This document shows, in pieces, positions 27,310-37,708 of a stretch of DNA of 64,000 bases. Below the pieces are notes generated by a model, which made no database searches, was not told the origin of the DNA, and saw only the letters and a list, made by a program, of their open reading frames with translations. Positions within the stretch are counted from its first letter, which is position 1. Each line of letters opens with the position of its first letter. Source of the stretch: a virus; IMG/VR virus record IMGVR_UViG_3300037247_001239, positions 10,579-74,578 of that record, one strand, 5' to 3'. The position numbers were made by a program, and so were the translations under genes.

Positions 27310-27795
27310 TCAATCTTTCCCGGAGGCCCGCCGCCGATGCGACTGCTCCAGGTCCGCGCGTTCTTGTGTGCTGACCTGTTGGCCGGCCAACTCCTTATCG
27401 ACCGACTCCTGCACGACGTCGTCGGCCACCTCGTAGGGTTCGTCCCACGGGTCGGGTGTATCGACGGGCCGGGCCCTGACCTTCACAGCCCCGTCGCAAC
27501 TGTAGCCTCCCTGCTCGCAGGCCCGCCTCGCGTCCGCGGTCGTGTCCATCCACGCCTTGGGGTCGCCCAGGCTGTCGGCAAGCTGCGAAATGTAGCGGCC
27601 CGAGGGGGTCACACCCGCGGCGGCTGCCCTTCGATACGCTATCTGGCGGCTCATCTCGTCGCTGCCGAACCCATCGTCGTCGTGTGTACCCTTGAGAAAC
27701 TGCGAGTCCGTGCCCTGGATGGCTGGTATCGGTATCGTTCCCCGCAGTTCGCGGCGGCGTTTGGCACGATATTGTTTTTGTTCGACGGTAGCCAT
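27310..27795 (-). CDS. hypothetical protein
   Basis: GAGG RBS; follows portal. Confidence 0.65.
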   Translation of the reverse strand: MATVEQKQYRAKRRRELRGTIPIPAIQGTDSQFLKGTHDDDGFGSDEMSRQIAYRRAAAAGVTPSGRYISQLADSLGDPKAWMDTTADARRACEQGGYSCDGAVKVRARPVDTPDPWDEPYEVADDVVQESVDKELAGQQVSTQERADLEQSHRRRASGKD

Positions 27796-27803
27796 GGTTT
27801 ACC

Positions 27804-29777
27804 TCACATCGGCTGGGGCGCCGGCTGCTGTCCGGGTTGTGGCGGACCGGGCGCTGGCTGCTGGCCCGGCATCTGCGGTTGCATCGGCGGCGGGGCCAGC
27901 ATCATGTCGTCCAACCGCATCCCGTAGGCATCGCCCAGGAACCGCACCAAGGCGTTCCAGGGCGCCGGGTTTATGGCAACGTACTGAAGCAGCGTCGGCC
28001 CCAGCGCCTGCATCAACATCTCGGCGTTGGCCGTCATCGTCTGCTTATTTCGCCGCTGGGCCGTGCCCGCCTCGATCCGGTAGGAGAGTTCCGCGGCGGC
28101 CACCTCTGGCGGCGCGTTGACCAACTGCTGCCACGCCTGGGTGAACGGACCGGGCTGAGCCCCCAACACGGTCTCCTGCTGCTGTTCGCCGAACAGTGGG
28201 GCCACCACCTCGCCAGGGACCAGCACCCGGGTCGCGAACCCCTCGGCTCTGGCCAACCTTGACTGCCAGTCCTCGGCACACTCCGACATATCCTCCGGCC
28301 GGTTCATACTGTGGCCCTGGCGAATCTGGGCCTCGGAGGCCGAACGAATCTGGGTGCCACCCTGGGCACCCTGCAACAGGGATGTCATGCCAGTAGATTT
28401 CTCAAACGCCAACTCGACCATCTGGACTACTTTCAATAGGTCCGCGTGGAGTTGCTTGAACTCCACTTGGGCGAACTTCTTTTGAAGGTCTTCGGCGACG
28501 TGGCCCTTGACTTGGATGATCTGCAGATCGACGCCACTCTTCAGCCAATTGGTAAAGTCCTCTTCCAGTCCCGCGTCACAGACCAGCCCCAACTTACAGG
28601 CAGCCCGCACCCGGCCCATCATAAAGCTATAGGTTCGGTCGATGAATTCCTGTAACGGCAACGCCGCCTTGATGGGACTCTGGGCCCAACACGAATCGGT
28701 GTCGGGATAGAAATCGCAGACCACGAACGGCCAGGGATTGGACTGTTCTTGATGGAAGGGGATGGGCCACTCCAGGCGGGCCTTGATCTCGGCGTCGGTC
28801 GCAGTCTCCATGACCTCCGGCGGAAGGTTGGCCGGGTACGGCAGGCCCGGTACGATCACCAGCCAACAGTTGTGGCCCAGCGACTCGACTATCTGGGCCA
28901 GCCGGCCCACACCGCTGTCCAGTTCGCGCAGGGCGTCGTCGCCACCCAGGAGCTTCTGTCCCAGCCCCAGGCCACGGGTCCACATGATGTCGTACTCGGC
29001 TACATCACCCTGGCGATCGTCGCCCGTTCGCCCATCGTCCGCTACCGGTGGTTCCCCCTCTTCCTGTCCCGCCTGGTTCTGGTAGGAATGGATGCGGCCC
29101 TGCAGCTCCTTGCGGGGCAGGCCATACTGTTCGGCCAGCCGCCACACGCTGCTACGGCGGTGTCGGCTGCACCAGCCCGCCTCGTTCAGGCGGTCGGCGT
29201 CGGGGTCGATGTTCAGGTCGTTCACGCTGCCGTACATGGCCGCGGGGATCAGCCCGCCCGTACTGCCCGGGACCATCTCGATCCACTGCACACCGCGGCC
29301 CTTGACCAGGGCCTCGATCAGACTGCGGCGGCACTCGCCCCGGTAGTCGTACTCGGTGGGCGTGTAGTTCAGCCACCACTGCATCAGCCAGGCCCGGGTG
29401 CGGTCCTGGATGGCCAGCGGCCCCGGTGGCATCGGTTGCCCCGGCGGCATCCCGAACATCTCCGGCGGCGGATCGTGCCTCGACGGCTCCACCTGCCGGT
29501 GTGGCACCTGGTGGAACACGAACGGCAGGAACGTGGCCACGTAGTCGAACGTCAGGTTGCGGCGGATCTTGTAGATCGGCTCCTGCAGCTCCGGATACTC
29601 TTCCCCATCCACCGGCAGCGGCGGTTTATACAGGTCCCCGTAGTCTGCCCCCAAGAAATCCCAGCAGCGCGCAGCCATCTTCCCGAACCGGCGGTGCTTG
29701 ACCTCGGCCGCGACGTTCAGTTGTCGCCGCCAGAGGCCCACGATACTGCTCAGGATGTCCCTAGGACTAGACGGCAT
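27804..29777 (-). CDS. portal protein
   Basis: 657 aa after terminase; ALVKGRGV, PWPFV, TG..LLQG..IRSASEA. Confidence 0.8.
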   Translation of the reverse strand: MPSSPRDILSSIVGLWRRQLNVAAEVKHRRFGKMAARCWDFLGADYGDLYKPPLPVDGEEYPELQEPIYKIRRNLTFDYVATFLPFVFHQVPHRQVEPSRHDPPPEMFGMPPGQPMPPGPLAIQDRTRAWLMQWWLNYTPTEYDYRGECRRSLIEALVKGRGVQWIEMVPGSTGGLIPAAMYGSVNDLNIDPDADRLNEAGWCSRHRRSSVWRLAEQYGLPRKELQGRIHSYQNQAGQEEGEPPVADDGRTGDDRQGDVAEYDIMWTRGLGLGQKLLGGDDALRELDSGVGRLAQIVESLGHNCWLVIVPGLPYPANLPPEVMETATDAEIKARLEWPIPFHQEQSNPWPFVVCDFYPDTDSCWAQSPIKAALPLQEFIDRTYSFMMGRVRAACKLGLVCDAGLEEDFTNWLKSGVDLQIIQVKGHVAEDLQKKFAQVEFKQLHADLLKVVQMVELAFEKSTGMTSLLQGAQGGTQIRSASEAQIRQGHSMNRPEDMSECAEDWQSRLARAEGFATRVLVPGEVVAPLFGEQQQETVLGAQPGPFTQAWQQLVNAPPEVAAAELSYRIEAGTAQRRNKQTMTANAEMLMQALGPTLLQYVAINPAPWNALVRFLGDAYGMRLDDMMLAPPPMQPQMPGQQPAPGPPQPGQQPAPQPM

Positions 29778-30237
29778 CGCCGGCCTCTACCGGGGTTTGT
29801 TTGGGGGGCCGTCCTCTGCGAGGCTTGGTGGGCTCGGAGCTTGGGAGGACAGTTTCCGACGGGGCGTTGCCCCCCGGCGGAACATGCACGTCGGCCAACA
29901 GCCGGGCGAACTCCGCACAAGCGGCCACCGCCTCCTGCGACTGCTTCACGGCCAGGCGAACCTTTTCTTCCGAGTCGGCCAGCTTGTACAGACCGTAGTG
30001 ATCGTTCTCGAAGAGCGTCGGCTTCCTGCCACCGGGGTCATCGACATGCCGGCACATCGTCCAGCACTGGGGGAGGCCCCGTCTGAACGTGACGATGTCA
30101 CACGTCTGGCCCGACACCTCCACTACAAAGCCCATCATCCTGCGCGAGGTCTCCATCTGTGCCGGGTGCCTGACAAAGTAAACCCGGTCTCCTTGTTCCA
30201 TCTGGGGGCCCTTCCACCCTTGTTTTTCTTCATTCAT
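29767..30237 (-). CDS. hypothetical protein
   Basis: AGGAG RBS; C-terminal RRGRPPK. Confidence 0.65.
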   Translation of the reverse strand: MNEEKQGWKGPQMEQGDRVYFVRHPAQMETSRRMMGFVVEVSGQTCDIVTFRRGLPQCWTMCRHVDDPGGRKPTLFENDHYGLYKLADSEEKVRLAVKQSQEAVAACAEFARLLADVHVPPGGNAPSETVLPSSEPTKPRRGRPPKQTPVEAGDAV

Positions 30238-30262
30238 CACGATACTCCTACTGGTATGGCGG

Positions 30263-31930
30263 CTACACGACGGCTGGCTGCCGTCTCCTGCGACTGGCGT
30301 TCTTTTGCTTCTTCTCCCACATCCGTTCGGCGGCGGTCTGGGTCTTGACGGGGATCTGTTCGGGACGCTGGTAGCGGGGCGCGACCGATGCCCCGTACTC
30401 CAGGGCCTCAATCAGGTCGGACAACCGCAGCTTGACCCGCTTGTCGGGCCGCTTGCGATCGTAGTACGCCTCCTGGATTTCCTTATGCAGTTCGGGGCAG
30501 ATGTTCTTGAAAACCCGCAGCTTGGCACTGCCCTCAAACGGCCCGCACTCCCGTACCCGCATCCAGTCCAGCAGGGCCTCTTCGCGGAACATGATGTCAT
30601 CGCTGCCGGCAAAGAACCCGGCCAGCGGCCCCATCACCCGCGGTTCGACGCCATGGTCTTTCAGCGCCTGCCAATACTGTTCGGCCACGCTGCGGTCGTC
30701 CTGTCCGGCCCGCCCTTGGCGGCCGAATCGCTTGTCGATCACCATCGCCTCGAACTTCCAGTCGCCTTGCCGCTCGGCCACCAACTCCGCCCAGCGGTTG
30801 GCATTGGCATTCTTCAGTGGGAAGGCGTCGTAGATCCAGATATGTTTCTCGTCCGGATCAATGGCCGCGAAGATGGTACCCGCCCGCTGGCGGCCCGGGT
30901 CCAGGAACACGTACCGCGCCCAGTCCTCCGGAATATCAAACGGTTCGCACCCGTGTTCACCCTCCGGGCGGTAGCACGAATAGACCCGGCGGCCAAACAG
31001 CGAGAACCGACCGTAGAACTTGACCTCCAGGTCTTCCTCGGTCGTCAGGCTACGGCGAAACTCTTCCTTGGCCTCCGGCGAAAGGAACGGGTTGTCGGAA
31101 ATCTGGACCTCAAACGACTCAATGTTCTGCGTGGAGTCGGCGGCCCGCTCGTAGAGTTCGGCCAGTTGGGGCGTCGACACGTCGGGCGTGGCCGACCAGA
31201 TCCCCACCCCTTCGCGGTCGACCAGCCGGGCGTTGCTCTCGGCGTAGAACGCCAGGTTGTCGAATTCCTCGTCGAACCAGACTATATCGAGCTGGATGCC
31301 CCGCGGCGGGTCGGAACCGCCACTGCGAAACCACATCTCCCAGCCGTTAGTCAGCGTTACCATCCGCGGGATGCCCCGCTTGCGTTCCTCCCATGCAATG
31401 TTTCGGATCATCCTGGGGGGGATCAACGGCTCGCTGGGCCGCCACTCGGCGCGGCGTGCGAGATCGTCCGGGTCGAGCCGCGCGGGGTCATCGGTGCGCG
31501 GCCGCAGTGCCCGCAGCTTCCCGGTCTGCCGGTCCCGGACGGTATTGAACGCACCCGGCCTGCCCAGCAGAGACCAGATCGGGTTGCCCAAATGCTCTAC
31601 GTCCTTCCCCACGATCAGCACGCGCCCGTCCCTCTTGCGATACTTGTCGTGTGGGTCCTGGCCGGTCACGGCCCTCGCTATTTCGGCGGCCACGGCCACG
31701 CTCTTGCCGGCCCGGTTACTGCCCACCGCCAGCCGCCAATGGGCTCGGGATCGGTGAAACTCCTCCAGCCCGGGCAATGGACAGTAGGCCAGCAGACCTT
31801 CCCGTTGACGTTGGACCAACTGCACAGCCAGCGCGCGAATCTCGGCCATCTTCAGCCGCCTCAACGGCGAAGGGCTGCGAGGAGGCGGTTTGGGCGTCCC
31901 CTCTACCATGCTGGTCCAGTCAACCGTCAT
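30263..31930 (-). CDS. terL: terminase large subunit
   Basis: GSNRAGKS Walker A, VWFDEE Walker B, WSATP, FLDPG nuclease motif. Confidence 0.9.
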   Translation of the reverse strand: MTVDWTSMVEGTPKPPPRSPSPLRRLKMAEIRALAVQLVQRQREGLLAYCPLPGLEEFHRSRAHWRLAVGSNRAGKSVAVAAEIARAVTGQDPHDKYRKRDGRVLIVGKDVEHLGNPIWSLLGRPGAFNTVRDRQTGKLRALRPRTDDPARLDPDDLARRAEWRPSEPLIPPRMIRNIAWEERKRGIPRMVTLTNGWEMWFRSGGSDPPRGIQLDIVWFDEEFDNLAFYAESNARLVDREGVGIWSATPDVSTPQLAELYERAADSTQNIESFEVQISDNPFLSPEAKEEFRRSLTTEEDLEVKFYGRFSLFGRRVYSCYRPEGEHGCEPFDIPEDWARYVFLDPGRQRAGTIFAAIDPDEKHIWIYDAFPLKNANANRWAELVAERQGDWKFEAMVIDKRFGRQGRAGQDDRSVAEQYWQALKDHGVEPRVMGPLAGFFAGSDDIMFREEALLDWMRVRECGPFEGSAKLRVFKNICPELHKEIQEAYYDRKRPDKRVKLRLSDLIEALEYGASVAPRYQRPEQIPVKTQTAAERMWEKKQKNASRRRRQPAVV

Positions 31931-31931
31931 C

Positions 31932-32249
31932 TTAATCTTCGTCTATCTTGAGTAGTTCCCGTATCTTGGCCTTGATCGCCCGTTCAACCTCATCCTTATC
32001 CTGGCCTTCACCACCAGAGGCATCTGTAACAGTTGCGTGCCCGATGAGCCGCAACACGTTCGTCAACAACCTTTCGCGTGAGGGCGACTTTGCAGGCAAT
32101 TCGCAGTAGTCGGTGAACAGCAGCTTGGCTATGCCCTCGTATCCACCAAACTCGCGAATAATGCAGGCCAGCATCGGCCTGATATCACACTCACTTCCCT
32201 TGGCCTTTGCGATCCCTTCGAGCGTTTCGTCCGGTTGGAGTTGCGTCAT
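31932..32249 (-). CDS. possible terminase small subunit
   Basis: Helical 105-aa ORF directly upstream of terL; position only. Confidence 0.4.
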   Translation of the reverse strand: MTQLQPDETLEGIAKAKGSECDIRPMLACIIREFGGYEGIAKLLFTDYCELPAKSPSRERLLTNVLRLIGHATVTDASGGEGQDKDEVERAIKAKIRELLKIDED

Positions 32250-32608
32250 GCCCGGTCCCCTCCGAACACCATCTCCGGCTCAGGTGACTGCACCGACCGG
32301 ATGTTGCGGCACAGCACCACCATCCGCCGCCGGGCGCCCCGCCCGCCGTTGTTCCACTCGTAGTGTTTCAGTTCACCCTCCAGCACCACGTTGCATCCCT
32401 TCCGCCAGCGGGCTATCTCCTGGGCCTGTTGGCCCACGAACCGTACGGGCAGGTTGCCGTCCCCCGCCCAGACCTCCGCCTCGCAGAAGTGCCCTTGGCC
32501 CGGCTTGATCTGCTTCAATACCGGTGTGGTCTCCAGCCGCCCGGTGAGTCTCACGAACGCTTGGGCTCGTTGATCTTCGGGTAGGGCATCCGGTCTACGC
32601 TCAGCCAT
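32246..32608 (-). CDS. ssb: single-stranded DNA-binding protein (OB fold)
   Basis: VRLTGRL..P, KG..VVLEGEL...W. Confidence 0.65.
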   Translation of the reverse strand: MAERRPDALPEDQRAQAFVRLTGRLETTPVLKQIKPGQGHFCEAEVWAGDGNLPVRFVGQQAQEIARWRKGCNVVLEGELKHYEWNNGGRGARRRMVVLCRNIRSVQSPEPEMVFGGDRA

Positions 32609-32889
32609 CGCTGTCCCTCGCATTTCTCACACCCGTAACGGCTGCCGACACACTCGCACTGCCCGAACGGCGCGCCGTGGAGGACCAGCACGCGGGCCGC
32701 CTCCAGGTGACGCACTGCCCGCCGAACGTCGACGTGGTGGCAGTAGGGCAGGTTGCCGATTTCTGCCAGGTCATTACGAATCGCCTCCAGTCCCTTGGCC
32801 AGCCTCACCAGGTGGCGACGGCCCGCAAACGTTTTGGACAAATGCCACGGGACCAACCGGCCCGTAGCGTCGTACTCACGCCGGTCCAT
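32551..32889 (-). CDS. hypothetical protein with C-terminal Zn finger
   Basis: CEC..GCEKCEG. Confidence 0.6.
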   Translation of the reverse strand: MDRREYDATGRLVPWHLSKTFAGRRHLVRLAKGLEAIRNDLAEIGNLPYCHHVDVRRAVRHLEAARVLVLHGAPFGQCECVGSRYGCEKCEGQRWLSVDRMPYPKINEPKRS

Positions 32890-33649
32890 CTCGCAACACC
32901 GGGATCGAGGGATCGGGCGACATCGGTTCCTCGAACCGAGCTTCGCCCGGCTGTTGAAAACCGGGTCGCTCCACGCACTGGCTTTGCCAATGCCCAGCCC
33001 AGGTGTCGAAACTCACGTAGATCGGTATCCCGGCCGCCCGACACCGCAGCGAAAACTCCACGTCGCTGCTGTGCCGCAGGTCGTCCTCCCGGGGCGAGGT
33101 AAACGTATCCTTGAAGTACGGTTCCTTGAGTCGCTTGAAGATCGAGGTGTCCATCAGCATCGAACCGGCCCCCACCGCCTCCACGCTGGCGAACCCCCGT
33201 TGCTGCTGGGCCAGTTCGCGGCTCAGGCGCGTCAGCGAGCCCTTGGGCGTCTTGACAAAAATGTGGATCGGGTGCCCCGGCGCGCCGCCGCAATAGGGCA
33301 CGGCCACGATCGAGCCGGGATGTGCCTTGATGAACGGCCACGCCTCGTGCCACCACGCCTTGGTCCCCTCGGCCGGCATCCCTTCCGGGTTCCACTTCAC
33401 GTAGCGGTCCAGCGCCATGTCCGGGTCCAGCCAGAGGATGTGCGTACACTCGTGCCTCAGCGCGAAGCTCACGCAGTTGTTGCGGCACATCGCTACGCGG
33501 TGGTTGGTGATGTTGAATGACAGCACCTCTGTCAGTTCGGGGCTGACTCGTGGAAGGGTGAACCCAAAGTGAAACAGCCAGGTCCCCATGTCGGCGGCCT
33601 CCAGGTTCCATCCCGTAGGCCGGGCAATACACAGTCTGTAACGCTCCAT
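32876..33649 (-). CDS. GT-A fold glycosyltransferase
   Basis: CRN, THILWLDPDM, VGAGSMLM, SDVEFS, IYVSFDTWAGH. Confidence 0.8.
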   Translation of the reverse strand: MERYRLCIARPTGWNLEAADMGTWLFHFGFTLPRVSPELTEVLSFNITNHRVAMCRNNCVSFALRHECTHILWLDPDMALDRYVKWNPEGMPAEGTKAWWHEAWPFIKAHPGSIVAVPYCGGAPGHPIHIFVKTPKGSLTRLSRELAQQQRGFASVEAVGAGSMLMDTSIFKRLKEPYFKDTFTSPREDDLRHSSDVEFSLRCRAAGIPIYVSFDTWAGHWQSQCVERPGFQQPGEARFEEPMSPDPSIPVLRDGPA

Positions 33650-33706
33650 GGCTGGCGCGTCCTTTCGTTCTGTTGGCTGGTGTTGTTGGCTGGTGTAAAA
33701 GTCGCC

Positions 33707-33730
33707 CCCCCGGTACCGGAGTACCGGGGG
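33707..33730 (-). terminator. 10-bp hairpin after capsid genes
   Basis: CCCCCGGTAC-CGGA-GTACCGGGGG with a short T run downstream on - strand. Confidence 0.5.
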
Positions 33731-33741
33731 AGCGCAGTGGT

Positions 33742-34290
33742 TTAAGCGTGGTGCGAGACCACGGACAGCCCGCGGGTCACACGGATAATCATGTTGGTTG
33801 CGGATGCCCCGGCCGTGGTAACAGCCGTACCGACCACAACGTCCCCGGCAGCAGCGCGGTACGCTTTCCCCGACGCTCCTGCCTGGATAGCCATCCCGGC
33901 GGTGAACGAGGTGCTGGTCTTCAACACCCGGCACAGGCCCTCTTCGACGACAAAACAGACATCGTTGTCAACAATGCTGCTGAGTCCCGAGATTCTGTTG
34001 TAGTCGTCCAGCGGCTTGCCCAGCTCACCGTCGCCGGTAGCCACGCCGTCGATCTTGGCCCCCCACTCGTCCTTGGTTGCACTCTGGAACGAGTAGAACT
34101 TCAGCGCGGGCGTGATGGCCGACCCCTTGGCGTTCTGCACCGCCCGGAGCGTAACCCGCCCTCCCCCGCCGTGCAGTACATCGGGCACCTCGAAGGTCTG
34201 CCCGATAATCTCCTTGGCCGCGTCATCAACCGGGGTGGTCACCTCCGCGAAGAGGGTCGAGCCCCGCTGAAACGGCAAAATTCTATTCAT
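33742..34290 (-). CDS. capsid decoration/cement protein
   Basis: Directly after MCP; small beta-rich protein. Confidence 0.6.
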   Translation of the reverse strand: MNRILPFQRGSTLFAEVTTPVDDAAKEIIGQTFEVPDVLHGGGGRVTLRAVQNAKGSAITPALKFYSFQSATKDEWGAKIDGVATGDGELGKPLDDYNRISGLSSIVDNDVCFVVEEGLCRVLKTSTSFTAGMAIQAGASGKAYRAAAGDVVVGTAVTTAGASATNMIIRVTRGLSVVSHHA

Positions 34291-34302
34291 CTTGACCCTC
34301 CT

Positions 34303-35403
34303 TTACGCACTGTTGTTGAGTTTGGCGAAGAACGCGGGCGAGTCGTAGCGCATCTGACCGTAGAAGTCGATCAAGATCTTCTGTGCCCCGCCGTAGTCGA
34401 TATCGAAGTCTTTGGTGATGTCCCAAAGGGTCTTCTGCATCGAGAGAAGCTCCATGTTCTTCCACGAGAGGCCGTAACAGGCCCGCGGGGTGCAGCCAAA
34501 TTCCGCCATAAATGCAATTCCGTCTATTCGTATGTGACGAAATCCCAACTTGACGAGATCCTGGTCCTGGTCACCCACCACCATCCGTTCCTTCTCCTCC
34601 AGGGAGGTCAGCGCCTCCTCGTAAGAGATCGGGTCGGTCAGCCAGAGGTCGGGCGTGACCCCGTGCATCGCCTCCATGAAGGTGCGGGCTTTTCTCTGGG
34701 CCTCCCGCCAGGTGTTGATCCAGGTCTTGGTCGTGGCCGTGAGCTTGGTTGCCTTGTAATTGACCACCATCGGGTGCCAGAAATGGTAAGCAAGGTCTGG
34801 CGTACCCATGGGATACGTGTCAGTGGAGGTGGCGTTGTTGGCCGCACCCCCGTAGGTTCCCAAGTCCATGGTCAGGTTGGCGTAGGTACCAGTGACGCTC
34901 GCGTGCCAAGTGTTGGAGTCGATCACTGTACTGGAGGTCTGGAACAACGTCTCCAGCCCGTCCAGGCCGTCCGAGTTGGACGAGTCCTGGGAGTTGTTGT
35001 AGATTTCGGTCCGCGCGAAATACTCCTGGCAGTTCTCCTGGACCTTCTCCACCACGGTGGCGAGCAGTTTGTACCGGGCGGTCTTGTCGCCCTGGAACAT
35101 CAACTTCTCGCCCTTGGAAATCAACTCGCCCTTGTTCAGGGTCGAGTAGCCCGCCGAGGCTTTCTTGTGGCGGTTGACCCTCACGAACGACGCCGGCTCC
35201 AGGTCACCGGACCGGGAAGGCGGATCGCGTTGGTAGACCGTCAACCAATCGAAGTCGGCGGCGCTTGCGCCGTACTTGATGCGGCCATTCTTGCGAAGCA
35301 TCGCTGGAATGACCGTCTTGCGCATCCCCACCTCGGTAATCTTCTGGAGGTGATCGGTGATAACACCGATTGCGGGACGACTCCATGCTACTAAACCAGC
35401 CAT
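34303..35403 (-). CDS. major capsid protein
   Basis: 366 aa after scaffold; DGLDGL, KLGF..I.IDG, FYGQMRYDSPAFFAKL. Confidence 0.8.
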   Translation of the reverse strand: MAGLVAWSRPAIGVITDHLQKITEVGMRKTVIPAMLRKNGRIKYGASAADFDWLTVYQRDPPSRSGDLEPASFVRVNRHKKASAGYSTLNKGELISKGEKLMFQGDKTARYKLLATVVEKVQENCQEYFARTEIYNNSQDSSNSDGLDGLETLFQTSSTVIDSNTWHASVTGTYANLTMDLGTYGGAANNATSTDTYPMGTPDLAYHFWHPMVVNYKATKLTATTKTWINTWREAQRKARTFMEAMHGVTPDLWLTDPISYEEALTSLEEKERMVVGDQDQDLVKLGFRHIRIDGIAFMAEFGCTPRACYGLSWKNMELLSMQKTLWDITKDFDIDYGGAQKILIDFYGQMRYDSPAFFAKLNNSA

Positions 35404-35594
35404 TAGCTGCTCCTTAGCAGTTGTTTTTCAGTGTCGTGTGACAATTCATGGCGGTGGGGCGGCATGGCTGGCGACGGGTGGGGTGGGGTCTGTGGCTTAT
35501 AAGCGGCGACCACGGACGGGCTCCCGATGGGGAGGTGTCCGTCCGCGGTCGCCTAACACCAGCCGCCCCCACCCGGTCGGCTGGTGCTTTTGAT

Positions 35595-36734
35595 CTATCC
35601 CAGTTGTCCTTGTGTGGCTTCTCGCTGTGCGGCAAGTTTTGCTAGGTGTTCACCCATACCGCCCGGCGTGCCACCCCATTTTTCCAGGTCCGCCCGGTAC
35701 TCCGCCTCGGGGTCGCCGGCGACCGGCGCGGCCACGGCCGGTTGGTGGACGGCGGCGGGCTTCACTGCTTGCGTTGACTGGGCCGGCTGGGCCTGCTGTT
35801 GCTGGATCCGCCGCTCCATCAATATCAGCCGGGCATGACTGAATGCGTTGACTCGGTTGGGCGCAGCCTGCATCCCCATGGCCTGTTGTTGTGCGGCTTC
35901 CGCCTGCATGATCTGTCCCGCGATCTCCATCCACTCCGCACCGTCGGGGGTCACGTTGTTGGGGTCCTGACGGTTGGCCTGTGGGTTGCGAAATGCCCAA
36001 GATGCGTTGGCCTCCACAATCTGGCCGATCGCCGCGGCCTCCTGCTGCTGGGCCGTCTGTTGCTGATTGATCTGTTGAACTACAGGCGCGGAGAGTTGCT
36101 GCACCGGCTCGGCCAGCGCCTCGTTGCGGTGGTAGGCGAAGTCGTAGGCCGCCCGTTGGATCTTTTGGGTGGCATCTTCCAGGCTGCGCTTCACGTCCGG
36201 CGGGGCGTTCTCGCCTTCGCGGGCCACGATGTCTTGCCAGCGGCGGATGTCATCCCACTCGGGCGACTGCTGCGCGGTCGGCTGTGGCTGCTGGACTTGC
36301 TGGCGTTGCTGCATGAACTCCCGGAAAGCGGGCTCGTGCCCTCTCACCGAGCGGCCGTACTCGGCGTCGGCGTCGCGGCGGCCTACCAGGCGGTAGGCTT
36401 CAACCAGGCCGGTGATCGTGGCGTTATCGCCGGTGTACTTCTCGCCGAGCTTCTCGCCCCAGCCCTCGTCGATGAATCGAGTCAGCTTCAGGGCCTCGTC
36501 ATCGGTGGCTGTGGGCTCGCCGTCAGTCGGTCCGGCAGCGGTGGGCTGGACTGGCTGAGGTTCTGCGGGTGGCGCGGCGGGCTCGACCGGTGGGGCGGCG
36601 GGCGGAGTCTCGGGCGGAGTCTCGGGCGGCGAGGCCGGGGCCTCGGCGGCCACGAGCGCGGCCACCAGATCGGGAGATGCGGTAGTTGGATCCTCGGACA
36701 TATCGTCCCCCATGTACCAAGGGCTGCTGGTCAT
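35595..36734 (-). CDS. capsid scaffolding protein
   Basis: Pro/acidic N-terminus, helical Gln-rich body, upstream of MCP. Confidence 0.65.
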   Translation of the reverse strand: MTSSPWYMGDDMSEDPTTASPDLVAALVAAEAPASPPETPPETPPAAPPVEPAAPPAEPQPVQPTAAGPTDGEPTATDDEALKLTRFIDEGWGEKLGEKYTGDNATITGLVEAYRLVGRRDADAEYGRSVRGHEPAFREFMQQRQQVQQPQPTAQQSPEWDDIRRWQDIVAREGENAPPDVKRSLEDATQKIQRAAYDFAYHRNEALAEPVQQLSAPVVQQINQQQTAQQQEAAAIGQIVEANASWAFRNPQANRQDPNNVTPDGAEWMEIAGQIMQAEAAQQQAMGMQAAPNRVNAFSHARLILMERRIQQQQAQPAQSTQAVKPAAVHQPAVAAPVAGDPEAEYRADLEKWGGTPGGMGEHLAKLAAQREATQGQLG

Positions 36735-36838
36735 GGTGGGGGACTCAGCGGAGCGGCGCGGCTATGCCACTCCGCCGCCAGTGTAGCGGACACTGGAGAG
36801 TAGTGCAATACCCCTGCCCAGGTTTTCTGGAAAACTGG

Positions 36839-37708
36839 CTAGGGGACTATTTGCCAGTTCTTTTGGGTGGCCTGAGTGGCCAGGGGGGATGGGGTTTGAG
36901 GGGGTGAGTCAGCTGGCCCGCACTCGTAGATGGTCTTGATGGCGGGGTCGGCGTAGTGCATCTCTGCCAGCTTGACTGCCTGCTCGTGCTTGCCGGGTGT
37001 CGCCGTGCCCCCTAAGTTCCATTTATCAATCAACTTACGTCGATTCTCTTCCCACACCCGGGCGTTCTCCGGCTGGGTCGCGGGGTCGACGGTGGCGTGG
37101 CGGGTGTGCTGAATGGGGATGTCTACCTGGCGGATAGTGCCAGGGTTGAGCGATTCCACGGTCAACCCCAGATCCATATCCTCGCAGAGCTGGGGGGCAT
37201 ATTGAGGATCGAAAAGCCAAAGTAGTGAATAGCACGGATTGCTCACCCGCCGGAAGTCGAGCTGCACCATCAAACACCACCCCTCGATATAGGGGGGGTC
37301 GTTGGGGCCGCCCCAGCAGCCGTCGGACCCCACTGTCGTGAGGCTCGGCCCCACCAGCTTGGCGCCGGCGTCCAGGGCCGCCACCAGCGGTTCGGCCCAC
37401 CGCCCCTGAATCACCACGTCGTCGTTCAGCACGGCCACGCAGTCGTCAGTCTCGGCCTCCAGCACCCGCCAGCCGAGGTTGCAGGCCGGCGTGTAGCCGA
37501 TCTTCTCGCCCACGTCGATGATGGTCACCCGCCAGCCGTTGTCCCGCAGGCACAGCGCCTGGGGTACCACGGCAGCGTGCCGCCAGTCCTCGTGATGGTT
37601 CACCACCAGTACCAGGTGGCAGGGTTCGGTGTGCTCGGCCAGCGAGGCCAGCATGTTTTTCAGTAGCGGCTGGGCGCCACAGGTGGGAACGATGATGTGG
37701 ACTGCCAT
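36839..37708 (-). CDS. glycosyltransferase family 2
   Basis: IIVPT, GYTPACNLG, VLNDDV, EDMDL. Confidence 0.85.
   Translation of the reverse strand: MAVHIIVPTCGAQPLLKNMLASLAEHTEPCHLVLVVNHHEDWRHAAVVPQALCLRDNGWRVTIIDVGEKIGYTPACNLGWRVLEAETDDCVAVLNDDVVIQGRWAEPLVAALDAGAKLVGPSLTTVGSDGCWGGPNDPPYIEGWCLMVQLDFRRVSNPCYSLLWLFDPQYAPQLCEDMDLGLTVESLNPGTIRQVDIPIQHTRHATVDPATQPENARVWEENRRKLIDKWNLGGTATPGKHEQAVKLAEMHYADPAIKTIYECGPADSPPQTPSPLATQATQKNWQIVP

Noticed and set aside
33673-35394. Long + strand ORFs (573, 548, 490, 445, 433 aa) opposite structural genes
   Set aside because: Antisense shadows of GC-rich coding sequence with no motifs or RBS.
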